DNA of 64,000 nt from Nitrospirales bacterium (GTDB taxonomy: Bacteria; Nitrospirota; Nitrospiria; Nitrospirales; UBA8639), in assembly GCA_965203295.1 (NCBI GenBank), contig CBDBCZ010000019.1, positions 1,184,001-1,248,000 on the forward strand, written 5' to 3'. Within the stretch, counting starts at the first letter, position 1. Every line of letters begins with the position of its first letter. Positions 10,366 through 19,776 of the stretch are shown in pieces. The translations under genes and the position numbers were made by a program. The notes under the pieces were generated by a model. That model was not told where the DNA came from. It worked only from the letters and a program-made list of their open reading frames with translations, and did not search any database.

Positions 10366-12110
10366 AGATCCTTTTGAGAATAGCGACTTACCTGAAGGCC
10401 TACCGCGGTCGTTTGGTCGGTGCCTTGATTTGCTCTGCCGGTGTGGCAGGTTTTTACGCTTCCTATGCATGGCTGGTGCAGTATTTGGTGGACGATATAT
10501 TCATTAATAAGGACCCCGTTATCTTAGCTCTGTTCCCCATTGCATTTATCAGTGTCGCCTTCTTGAAAGGGCTTTTTGCTTATGGTCAATCATACTTGAT
10601 GAGCTATGTGGGGAATCGAACGATAGCGGAAATCCGCCAGGAATTGTTCGTGCATTTGATGCATTTGCCTCTCGGGTATCACGATGAGAATACATCCGGA
10701 CGACTTGTGGCCAGAGTGATCAATGATGTCAACCACATGGGGCATGCGATCCCCACCATTTTCAAGGATTTGCTACAACAGGGCTTAACGTTTTTTGCGC
10801 TAGTGGTATGGACGTTCTATCTGAATTGGAAATTGGCAAGTGTGCTGTTTATCGTCATTCCACTCTCATTGTTTGTGATTGTTCGACTGGGCAAGAGGTT
10901 AAGGCGTCTATCGACGCGGGGTCAGGAGTCCATTGGTGATATGGCGTCAGTGTTGAAAGAAGCCTTTGCAGGAATCAGAATCGTCAAAGCCTATGGCAGG
11001 GAACCCCTCGAGTGTGAGCGGGTTAATCAGGCCAATATGTCCTTCATGCGAGCCAATATGAAATCCGCACAACTCTCAGCTATGTCGTCTCCGTTAATGG
11101 AAATGATTGCCTCAACGGGGATTGTGGTGATTGTCTGGTATGGGGGATATCTCATTGTGATAGGAGCGATGACGGCGGGGGAAGTGAGTTCATTCGTGGT
11201 CGCGCTGTTTATGGCGTATGCACCTATTCGTCGTTTAGCAGGGGCCAATAATGCTATTCAAAACGCCATTGCGGGAGCCCAAAGAGTTTTTGATGTATTG
11301 AGCCTTGACCATGAGCAAAAGGGGGATCCTCAACGAGAATCCTTGGCTCCCATCTCTCGCTCATTGGAGTTCCAGAATGTGACGTTTTTTTATAAAGGGA
11401 AGTCGGACCCGGCCTTGGTGCAAGTGCAATTAACGATTCGTTGTGGGGAAATGGTGGCGTTGGTGGGAAGTAGCGGAAGCGGCAAAACGACACTTGCGAG
11501 TTTGGTCCCTAGATTTTACAGCCCATCCGAAGGCGCAGTCCTTATTGATGGGCAGGATATAGGAGAAGCCACGCTGTCGTCTTTACGAAGCCAAATGGCA
11601 ATTGTCTCTCAGGATACCGTGTTGTTTGATGATACCATTCGCAATAACATTGCCTACGGAAAGGCTGATGCAAGCGATGTGGAGATTGTGGATGCGGCAA
11701 AGGCTGCCCATGCCTATGAATTTATTGAACGTATGCCGCAAGGGCTCAACACGCTTATTGGAGAAAATGGGTTGAAGCTTTCAGGAGGTCAGCGCCAACG
11801 GTTGGCTATCGCTCGAGCTATTTTACGGGACCCTCCTCTTTTGATTCTAGACGAGGCGACTTCCTCATTGGATTCTGAGTCAGAGCAGGTCGTCCAAGAG
11901 GCACTTGCCAATCTCTTGAAAAATCGAACCACGTTGGTCATTGCTCATCGGCTTTCAACCGTCCAACATGCAGACCGGATTGTCGTTCTGAGTCATGGAA
12001 AAATTATGGAAGAGGGATCGCATTCCGATCTCTTGAGACGAAGCGGAATGTATAAAAGGCTCTACCAAACACAGTTTCATAACACTGCGGTGGAAACCGT
12101 GACTCCTTGA
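10353..12110 (+). CDS. msbA: Lipid A export ABC transporter MsbA
   Basis: TM domain plus NBD (GSSGSGKTT, LSGGQRQR, LILDEATS). Operon context. Confidence 0.92.
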   Translation: MSGLKILLRIATYLKAYRGRLVGALICSAGVAGFYASYAWLVQYLVDDIFINKDPVILALFPIAFISVAFLKGLFAYGQSYLMSYVGNRTIAEIRQELFVHLMHLPLGYHDENTSGRLVARVINDVNHMGHAIPTIFKDLLQQGLTFFALVVWTFYLNWKLASVLFIVIPLSLFVIVRLGKRLRRLSTRGQESIGDMASVLKEAFAGIRIVKAYGREPLECERVNQANMSFMRANMKSAQLSAMSSPLMEMIASTGIVVIVWYGGYLIVIGAMTAGEVSSFVVALFMAYAPIRRLAGANNAIQNAIAGAQRVFDVLSLDHEQKGDPQRESLAPISRSLEFQNVTFFYKGKSDPALVQVQLTIRCGEMVALVGSSGSGKTTLASLVPRFYSPSEGAVLIDGQDIGEATLSSLRSQMAIVSQDTVLFDDTIRNNIAYGKADASDVEIVDAAKAAHAYEFIERMPQGLNTLIGENGLKLSGGQRQRLAIARAILRDPPLLILDEATSSLDSESEQVVQEALANLLKNRTTLVIAHRLSTVQHADRIVVLSHGKIMEEGSHSDLLRRSGMYKRLYQTQFHNTAVETVTP

Positions 12111-12783
12111 CTATGAAAAAATCGAAGATGCTAAGCCGTTGGGTGACCAGGACCATACTCCCTCCGCTTGGAGCTGTTCTCATTCGCTTGCTTGGGAGGT
12201 TTATGCGAATCTCCGTTCAGGGGGCTGCGCAGGTTGATAAGTTTCATCACCAAACCCAAGGTGTGATCATTGCATTTTGGCATGGTCGTCAACTGATGAT
12301 GCCTTTGGCGTATCGAGGGAAGAACATTCATATTCTCATTAGCCAGCATTATGATGGAGAGCTGATTCATCAAATTATTCGGCGGTTCGGTTTTTCATCG
12401 GTCAGGGGGTCAACGACAAGAGGTGGCACGGCGGCCCTCCGGCAACTCATTCGTATCGCGAGAACTGGGAGCGATCTTGTGGTGACACCGGATGGTCCCA
12501 AAGGGCCACGGCAGGTGGTTCAGGAAGGTGTTATTTATTTGGCCAAGATGACGGGGTTACCCATTGTTCCGTTAACCTTTGCTTGTTCAAAAAAAAAGTC
12601 TTTTCCAGTTGGGATCAATTCGTGGTTCCTTACCCATTCTCCAAAGGATTGTTTGTATGGGGGGCACCCGTTATAGTTGATCGGGATGCCGATGAAAACG
12701 AGATAGAGACGAAGCGGCGTGAATTACAACAGACGTTAAATGGCATGACCGAGGAGGCTGATGCCCAAGTCTTGCAAGGTTAG
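12107..12783 (+). CDS. DUF374 / lysophospholipid acyltransferase family (LpxJ-like), split by a -1 frame change at the A9 run 12589-12597
   Basis: Frame 1 has FWHGRQ, ISQHYDGE, RGSTTRGG, TPDGPKGP. The family C-terminus SWDQFVVPYPFSKG..WGAP lies in the -1 frame (12583..12783). The joined product is about 225 aa. Confidence 0.85.
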
Positions 12784-12858
12784 GTTCTGGTTTAATCTGC
12801 ATCCCCACGTATCTTCCGGTTTTTCCCCAGAGATTCCCTTGAATCCAATCACGAATGC

Positions 12859-14220
12859 TTGCTCCCTTATGAAAGAATAAGGGCTGTCTGCCTCATGTGG
12901 TATGTTGTGTATAACATTTTGATAGTCCTTGCTTCTCCCGTCATCATTGTCATTCTTTTATGTAAGAAACGGAGTCGTCCTGGAATGATGGCGAGATTGG
13001 GTATTGGGCTTGATAGGGTATTACCCCTTCAGGAAAATACATTGTGGATTCATGCTGTCTCACTTGGCGAGGCGACGGCTATTGTTCCCTTAGTGAAGGC
13101 TTTGCACCACGATTTCCCAGTCCTTCCGATCGTGGTCTCAACTGTGACGGAAACTGGTCGTGAAACCGTGGAGAAAAGGTTAGCTGGGATTGCACAACAT
13201 TGCTATTTGCCCCTGGATTTTCCATGGGTAGTCTCCCGATATGTACGAATGCTCCGTCCATGCCTTTTTGTGTTAGTTGAAACAGAGTTGTGGCCAAACT
13301 TGTTAAGAATTCTGCACTTCCATCACATTCCAACCATATTGGTGAATGGTCGATTGTCTTCCCATTCGTTCCAGGGGTATCAACGAATTGCCCTCTTCAT
13401 TCGCCAGGTATTGGCTCAACTCGACCTTTGCCTGATGCAATCGGAACGTGATGCAGATCGGGTGTGTCAATTAGGTGCAGAACCAGGAAATGTCCATCAT
13501 ACCGGCAATATGAAATTTGATCAGGAGGGACATGATGTCGCCATCCAGGATAGTTCTCTCTTGCGTGCTTCTCTCGGCTTACGGAACGATGAGATGCTGA
13601 TTGTGGCTGGAAGTACCCATGCTGTGGAAGAGGAACAATTAGTGGCGTGTTATAGGGTGATCTGCCAGAACGTGGAAAATGCCGTTCTCCTCTTAGCTCC
13701 CAGACATATCGAACGGACTCGTGCAATTAAGGAAAAAATCCAGAGCCTTGGCATGCACGTTCAGCAGCGAAGTCAGACCCAACAATCGGAAGGGAAAATC
13801 ATCGAACGCTCAACGCCACGTGTCATTATTCTCGATACGAGAGGAGAGCTAGCTCATCTGTATGGTCTTTGTCGTGTCGCGTTTGTGGGGGGAACACTGG
13901 TTCCCGTTGGAGGGCATAATCTCCTTGAACCTGCCGTTTGGGGAAAACCAGTCGTTTTTGGCCCTTACACAGACCACTGTGCAGAAATGGCTGACCTCTT
14001 GGTAAAAAGCAGGGGTGGTGTTCAGGTTCATGATGATGAAGAACTCACACAGATTCTTTTGAAAGGACTCCAGGATGATGCTTGGATCAAGGAATGTGGT
14101 GCAGCAGCTAGGAGCGTGGTCCTTGAGAATCAGGGTGTGATCAAACGAAATCTTGAATTCATTCGTCCGCTGGTCAAATCGCGTTTGGATTCTTGCATTC
14201 GTGGCGTCTCAGCGCTCTAG
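12859..14220 (+). CDS. waaA: 3-deoxy-D-manno-octulosonate (Kdo) transferase
   Basis: WIHAVSLGE, ETELWPN, GNMKFD, AGSTH, APRHIER, GGHNLLEPA. Likely start 12895. Confidence 0.95.
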   Translation: MLPYERIRAVCLMWYVVYNILIVLASPVIIVILLCKKRSRPGMMARLGIGLDRVLPLQENTLWIHAVSLGEATAIVPLVKALHHDFPVLPIVVSTVTETGRETVEKRLAGIAQHCYLPLDFPWVVSRYVRMLRPCLFVLVETELWPNLLRILHFHHIPTILVNGRLSSHSFQGYQRIALFIRQVLAQLDLCLMQSERDADRVCQLGAEPGNVHHTGNMKFDQEGHDVAIQDSSLLRASLGLRNDEMLIVAGSTHAVEEEQLVACYRVICQNVENAVLLLAPRHIERTRAIKEKIQSLGMHVQQRSQTQQSEGKIIERSTPRVIILDTRGELAHLYGLCRVAFVGGTLVPVGGHNLLEPAVWGKPVVFGPYTDHCAEMADLLVKSRGGVQVHDDEELTQILLKGLQDDAWIKECGAAARSVVLENQGVIKRNLEFIRPLVKSRLDSCIRGVSAL

Positions 14221-14256
14221 GCAGGCTGTTAAAAAAATATTTCAGTAGCGTATGGC

Positions 14257-15387
14257 TTGCTTGTCGGCCTAAGGTGTTTGGTCTTTGAACAACATACAGG
14301 TGTGACGATCTGGAGTTTGCAACAGAAGAAGTTTGCTAGGACTTGCCGCCTTCTTGTGCCGCTTTCCCTTCTTTTGTCGTATGTCGGGGTTGTGCGGGCT
14401 TGGTTGTATGAGAGGGGTTGGCTGGTCCAACAGCGACTTCCCTGTCGGGTTGTGAGTGTCGGGAACATGACGGTGGGAGGAACAGGAAAAACACCACTCG
14501 TGATTTCCATAGCCCGGTGGCTTCAGTCTCGTGGCCATCGTGTTGGCGTTCTGAGCCGAGGCTACCAGCGAGAGAAGAGAACTTCTTTCCTTTTAGTGTC
14601 TGATGGAAAGCAAGTTCTTGCAACTCCTCTTCAGGGGGGTGATGAACCCTATCTCATGGCCCAACGGCTACCAGGGGTTGCCATTGCGGTTGGGACCGAC
14701 CGTTATGAATTGGGGCGTTGGGTGTTAAATCAGATCCCTATTGACTGCTTTGTGTTGGATGATGGATTTCAACATTTAGGACTTGCCCGGGATATCAATC
14801 TCTTAGTGGTTGATTCAATGGATGTGGACGGTCTTAAGGGGATTCTTCCAGCCGGAAGATTGCGAGAACCTCTTGAGGCCGCTCGTCGGGCAACAGCTAT
14901 TATTTTCACAAGGGTCGAACCCACTTCTCCTACGTCTAACGTTCATCAAGTGCTGAAAAGAGCGATGGGTCGTGATTTTGTGCCAATATTGACGAAGTTT
15001 GTTTTTAGCTCCCTGATTGGCCCTGGCTTGTATGAACGTCGAGAGCTTGATGTTCTTAAAGGGGCAAAGGTGATGATGGTTAGCGGTGTCGGGAATCCAG
15101 ATTCATTTCGGAAAATGGTCGCCACCTTAGGGGCAAAAGTGATGGGTGAAAGAATTTTTGTAGACCATTATCGATACACCGAAAAGGATCTGATTTCTTT
15201 GAGAGAACAGGGGCAGAGTTATGGGGCCCAGGCGATCCTGACGACGGAGAAAGATTTGGTGAAAATGGAGCCTTTCCTTCAATCGGATGACGACGTTTGG
15301 GCTCTTCGTCTTGAGTTGGAATTTATCCAGGGCCAAGAACGATTGGCCGATCTTCTTTTGGAAGATGACGCAGCGCATGTGGGCTAA
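14257..15387 (+). CDS. lpxK: Tetraacyldisaccharide 4'-kinase LpxK
   Basis: SVGNMTVGGTGKTP, LSRGY, GDEPYL, LDDGFQH, LPAGRLRE, TTEKD. Confidence 0.95.
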   Translation: MLVGLRCLVFEQHTGVTIWSLQQKKFARTCRLLVPLSLLLSYVGVVRAWLYERGWLVQQRLPCRVVSVGNMTVGGTGKTPLVISIARWLQSRGHRVGVLSRGYQREKRTSFLLVSDGKQVLATPLQGGDEPYLMAQRLPGVAIAVGTDRYELGRWVLNQIPIDCFVLDDGFQHLGLARDINLLVVDSMDVDGLKGILPAGRLREPLEAARRATAIIFTRVEPTSPTSNVHQVLKRAMGRDFVPILTKFVFSSLIGPGLYERRELDVLKGAKVMMVSGVGNPDSFRKMVATLGAKVMGERIFVDHYRYTEKDLISLREQGQSYGAQAILTTEKDLVKMEPFLQSDDDVWALRLELEFIQGQERLADLLLEDDAAHVG

Positions 15388-16504
15388 AGAAACAGCTAAT
15401 CGCATTTTAGTCCGAGCCCCCAATTGGATCGGCGATGCGGTGATGTGTACCCCTGCCCTTCTTTCCTTGCGTCAGGTGTTTCCCACTTCAATTATTACTC
15501 TGCTAGGGAGACCTGGAGTGGTCGAATTGTTAAAGGGCCATCCATCGATCAATGAGTTTATTGTGTATGAGCATACCAGTCGGCATCGTGGGATTCTTGG
15601 GAAATGGCGATTGGTTCAGACTTTACGACGGATCAGTTTTGATATGGCCGTCCTTTTTCAAAATGCATTTGAAGCAGCCCTTTTAGGCTTGATGGCCGGT
15701 ATTACCATTCGTTATGGATACGGGACAGATGGTCGGAAATTTCTTTTAACGGAATTCATCCTTCCTCCAATGCAGAGAGGAATGCATCATGTGAATTATT
15801 ACCACACGTTGATTGAATCCTTGTCCGGAGAGGTTCAGCCTCAGCCACCCAAGCTGATGGTCTCGAATGAGGAAGAAAAAGCCATTGTCAGACAATTGGC
15901 TGACGAAGGGATCCATGCCGATGACATTTTGCTTGGGATGAACCCTGGCTCAGTCTATGGTGGGGCCAAACGATGGTTGCCAGAACGTTTTGCCTCCACA
16001 GCGGATAAATTAATCAGAGATGTTGAGACGCACTTTGGCCCCTCACACCGTATTCGTTGTGTGATCGTAGGCGGAAAAGGCGAAGAAGGATTAGGCCAGA
16101 TAATCGCCCAACAGATGGAGTCCAACCCTATTGTGTTGTCTGGAAAAACCAACCTTCGTCAACTGATGGTTGTTGTGAAACACTGCAAAGTATTCATTAC
16201 GAATGATACCGGGCCGATGCATATTGCCCATGCTTTTGGAGTCCCAGTCGTGGCCATCTTTGGACCGACTGATCCGACTGAGACCTCTCCGTTTGGAAGC
16301 CCCTTTTCTATCGTGCAACATTCGGTTTCCTGTTCTCCTTGTCTGCTTCGATTCTGTCCTATTGATCATCGTTGCATGACAGGTGTCTCCGTGGAAGATG
16401 TGTACGTCGCTGCAAGAAAACAAATGCAAAGTCTCTTGGCTAATGGGGAAATGGGACCTCATCAAGAACGATTGGTGGATCCCCCTCAACATACAGTCAG
16501 TTGA
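15287..16504 (+). CDS. waaF: ADP-heptose:LPS heptosyltransferase II (GT9)
   Basis: RAPNWIGDAVM, NPGSVYGGAKRW, NDTGPMHIA, FGPT, CSPCLLRFCPIDHRCM. Likely start 15377. Confidence 0.9.
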   Translation: MTTFGLFVLSWNLSRAKNDWPIFFWKMTQRMWAKETANRILVRAPNWIGDAVMCTPALLSLRQVFPTSIITLLGRPGVVELLKGHPSINEFIVYEHTSRHRGILGKWRLVQTLRRISFDMAVLFQNAFEAALLGLMAGITIRYGYGTDGRKFLLTEFILPPMQRGMHHVNYYHTLIESLSGEVQPQPPKLMVSNEEEKAIVRQLADEGIHADDILLGMNPGSVYGGAKRWLPERFASTADKLIRDVETHFGPSHRIRCVIVGGKGEEGLGQIIAQQMESNPIVLSGKTNLRQLMVVVKHCKVFITNDTGPMHIAHAFGVPVVAIFGPTDPTETSPFGSPFSIVQHSVSCSPCLLRFCPIDHRCMTGVSVEDVYVAARKQMQSLLANGEMGPHQERLVDPPQHTVS

Positions 16505-17094
16505 AACACTCTCAGCATAGGATTACGGTCTTTCTTGATCGTGATGGAACATTAAATCCCGATTTGGGGTATATTGCTTCTCTCAAGGAATTTTCTCTTT
16601 TTCTGGGTGTTGGGAGGGCGATGGCTCGGTTAACTCAGGCAGATATCTGTACGGTTCTCGTGACCAATCAATCCGGTATTGCGAGAGGATTCCTGAGCCT
16701 ATCTGATCTGGATGTGATTCATCGATTTCTTCAAGATACGATAGAGGAATCGGGAGGAAAAATTGATGGTATTTATGTGTGTCCTCATCATCCGATTGAT
16801 CAATGTTTATGCCGCAAGCCAAAAATCGGGCTTCTGACACAAGCTGCGGCGGATCTGAAGATTGATCTGAGCCGATCCTATATGGTTGGAGATAAGCTGA
16901 CTGACATTGAATTAGCCAATCATTGTGGAGCGGTAGGAGTGCTGGTGACAACAGGGCCTAGAAGCCTGGAGGCCGTCAAGGCTGTTCAAAACGGTGAAGT
17001 TTGGGTAGAGTATATTGCTCAAAATTTCCCTGCGGCCGTTGAATGGATATTGCAAGATGCATCCTCACAAAAGTGGGAATGTGAATCAAGTTAA
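16501..17094 (+). CDS. gmhB: D-glycero-D-manno-heptose-1,7-bisphosphate phosphatase
   Basis: HAD motif FLDRDGTLN, TNQSGIARG, CPHHP..CLCRKP, MVGDKLTD. Confidence 0.92.
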   Translation: MKHSQHRITVFLDRDGTLNPDLGYIASLKEFSLFLGVGRAMARLTQADICTVLVTNQSGIARGFLSLSDLDVIHRFLQDTIEESGGKIDGIYVCPHHPIDQCLCRKPKIGLLTQAAADLKIDLSRSYMVGDKLTDIELANHCGAVGVLVTTGPRSLEAVKAVQNGEVWVEYIAQNFPAAVEWILQDASSQKWECESS

Positions 17095-17375
17095 CTCTTG
17101 TTTCTTTTCAAGAACATAAGGGTGTCACAGAGCTGATCAATCAAGAGAGATATTGAAAGGGAATTGGCTCGTTTTATATCCTTGCCTGAGTCTAAGCGAT
17201 GTTTCATCAGGAAGCTTAGCTCCTTGGGCCATACAATCCACGCTCTCTCCACGCCTACCGTTTTGCGGTGTTGGTTTCCTCATTTTGGGATTAGCTGGTT
17301 AATCAAAAAGAGTCATTCTGATCTCAAAGACGTGAGGGAGCTGGATTCCTGCCGTTCAGAGTTTCACGGTTATTA

Positions 17376-19691
17376 TTGAATCCAATGTCATCTATGATCA
17401 AGTTTTTTTCTCATACCCTTTCCTCTTTCCGGAGAACATTAGTTTTCTGGTGGATCCTGTTCTTTCTCGTTCAACAAGTGGAACGACTGTTTTTGTTACC
17501 AGAGGCTTGGTCTGCTGAGGAACCAACGCCTGGCATTCTTGCGAAAACGTTTCTTGCAGGATTAAGAGCCGATCTCATTGTCGCAACCTTGGGAATTCTT
17601 TTGGCCGTGGTCGTGGCTCGTGTGATGTGGTTGTTTCCCCATCTCATTGCAAGGTGGCGAAGGTCTATAAGCTCTGGTTTGTCCTATCAGCGATACTTTA
17701 AAGGGGTCGCGTTGTGTTTAGGGATTTTCCTTCTCCTCTTTCTGACTATCGATATGGGCTATTATGGGTATCACCGTACGCACCTTGATATGGTCTTCTT
17801 CGAATTTGTTGACGATCTTCTATCGCCCAGATTACATCACGAAGAAACGATCGTGGAAGCAGAAGGAACGAGTCAAGCCTTTAAGCAAACTCAGGCTGAA
17901 GTTCAAGACGTGAAAAAATGGGGATTAAGGGTCGGCGCATTCTTGGGAGCTCAAGGGATTATTATTGTTGTATGGTGCCTGCTGTTTCGAGGATTTCTTG
18001 TCACAGGATTGGTGCAGTGGAGTGAGCTTTATCCCAGGGCTTCTCGCTATATGTTGGCTGTGGCTTTGATGGGAGGTGTCGTTGGATTCAGTCCCTATGG
18101 GCCTTTGGTGATGCAACGAGCAGGGATTAGCAGTGCTGTGTATTATACCCTAGCTCAAAATCCGATTTGGTATGCTGGGGAAGTAGGGGTCGGGAATTTG
18201 CTCTTCAGGATGACTGGTGGCAAGTCGGAATTACTCCAATTCATGCCGTTCGAGGAAGCCCTAGAACTGACTAGAGAAACCTTGGATCTCGGTGATACGT
18301 TCCATGACCCTGACTTTCCGTTGGTCCGTCAGCTTTCTCAAAGTCCTGTGCGACATGAATATGATCCTATTAATATTTTAATCATTTTTGTTGAAGCATT
18401 GGATCGTCGGTACTTAGGACGAAACGTTTCCTTGGGCGAATCAAGCCACCTCAGGTCTGGACTGAAAGGAGTGAAGCCGTTTATCTATGCCACCCCACAA
18501 TATGCCGAGAATCAACCATCCTCCATGCTTGGAGGGCAAGATAAGCAGGTTCGTCTCACTCCATTTTTTGATCAATTGAAAAAGGAGAGTGTGTTTTTTG
18601 AAAATTTTTTCACGAATGGGGATAAAACAGCAAGTGGCCTGTTTTCGACTTTGTGTTCATATTTTCCCCGGAGGGGATGGGCGGTGATGAAAACCCGGTA
18701 TGCCCATGAATTTCTTTGTCTTCCGTCGGTCCTCAAGCATGCTGGTTATCGAACTGAAATGGTGGTCGGCCAGAACCGAGATCGCAACTATGACCATATA
18801 GGCCTGTTCATGGCGAGAAATGGCCTCCAGCAATTATTAGATGAAAATGATTACCCTGAAGAAGCTGAGCGACTCGGTATTGGTATGACCGATAATTCGT
18901 TGCTTGATTTTCTTGGTGATCGTCTTGCTGTTCTCCAACGAGCAGAGCAACCATTTTTTCTGATGACCTTAACAACGGGTACTCACCACCCTTATCCTGT
19001 CCCACAAAAACATCCTGATGTTATGGCCTTGCAGGTCCATGAGGATCCCTATGTTCCAGCTCTTCGGAATGTTGATATTCAGTTCGAGCGTTTTTTTCAT
19101 AATCTTGACGGAACTGACCTCCTGAACAATACCATCGTGTTTATTCTAGGAGATCATGGTCGTCATGAAGGCATTGGATGGTCGGATGCCTCATCACGAG
19201 CTGGACATTTTCTTTCTCCTCTCTTTGTTTGGATAGATCCTTCCCTGCGTGACAGGCTTCCGTTTAAACCTCATGTTGTTTCCGCTATTACAAGTCAAGT
19301 TGATATCGTTCCAACAATTCTTTCCCTTGTGGGGTTGACTCCTCAATGGGGTTCTTTCTTAGGGAAGGACTTGAACTGTCTGTTACAGGGGATATGCACA
19401 GTAAAGAGCGTGGCTTTTTTAAGTGGAAACCACGATGACACCATTGGAATCGTGGATCAACAGGGAATGTTACTGTATTCCTTCCACAGGAATATCTTGT
19501 TTGAGGCAACCCCACATGGTCGAACGTTTGCAGATGACCGTCTCATCGAAGTTGACGGTTTAGCCGTCAATGACGAGAATTCCCAATTGAGTCAGCGATT
19601 TCGAAGGATGCTCGCTTTGTATGTGACGTCCAATCTTGCCTTGGAACAAAATAGAATTTGGCCGAGTCAGGGGATCAAGGAAAAATTATAA
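17376..19691 (+). CDS. LtaS/sulfatase-superfamily membrane phosphoester transferase (copy 1, intact)
   Basis: About five N-terminal TM helices. Soluble domain with IIFVEALD, Thr nucleophile region FFTNGDKTASG, TTGTHHPY, GDHGRH, SQVDIVPTIL. Confidence 0.85.
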   Translation: MNPMSSMIKFFSHTLSSFRRTLVFWWILFFLVQQVERLFLLPEAWSAEEPTPGILAKTFLAGLRADLIVATLGILLAVVVARVMWLFPHLIARWRRSISSGLSYQRYFKGVALCLGIFLLLFLTIDMGYYGYHRTHLDMVFFEFVDDLLSPRLHHEETIVEAEGTSQAFKQTQAEVQDVKKWGLRVGAFLGAQGIIIVVWCLLFRGFLVTGLVQWSELYPRASRYMLAVALMGGVVGFSPYGPLVMQRAGISSAVYYTLAQNPIWYAGEVGVGNLLFRMTGGKSELLQFMPFEEALELTRETLDLGDTFHDPDFPLVRQLSQSPVRHEYDPINILIIFVEALDRRYLGRNVSLGESSHLRSGLKGVKPFIYATPQYAENQPSSMLGGQDKQVRLTPFFDQLKKESVFFENFFTNGDKTASGLFSTLCSYFPRRGWAVMKTRYAHEFLCLPSVLKHAGYRTEMVVGQNRDRNYDHIGLFMARNGLQQLLDENDYPEEAERLGIGMTDNSLLDFLGDRLAVLQRAEQPFFLMTLTTGTHHPYPVPQKHPDVMALQVHEDPYVPALRNVDIQFERFFHNLDGTDLLNNTIVFILGDHGRHEGIGWSDASSRAGHFLSPLFVWIDPSLRDRLPFKPHVVSAITSQVDIVPTILSLVGLTPQWGSFLGKDLNCLLQGICTVKSVAFLSGNHDDTIGIVDQQGMLLYSFHRNILFEATPHGRTFADDRLIEVDGLAVNDENSQLSQRFRRMLALYVTSNLALEQNRIWPSQGIKEKL

Positions 19692-19776
19692 ATCAAACCT
19701 GACAATGAAGACCTGTTCGTAATTTGTTGATCTGAATCTCGTTCTTCTGATTTATCCTTTAGCAGTCTATCGAGGA

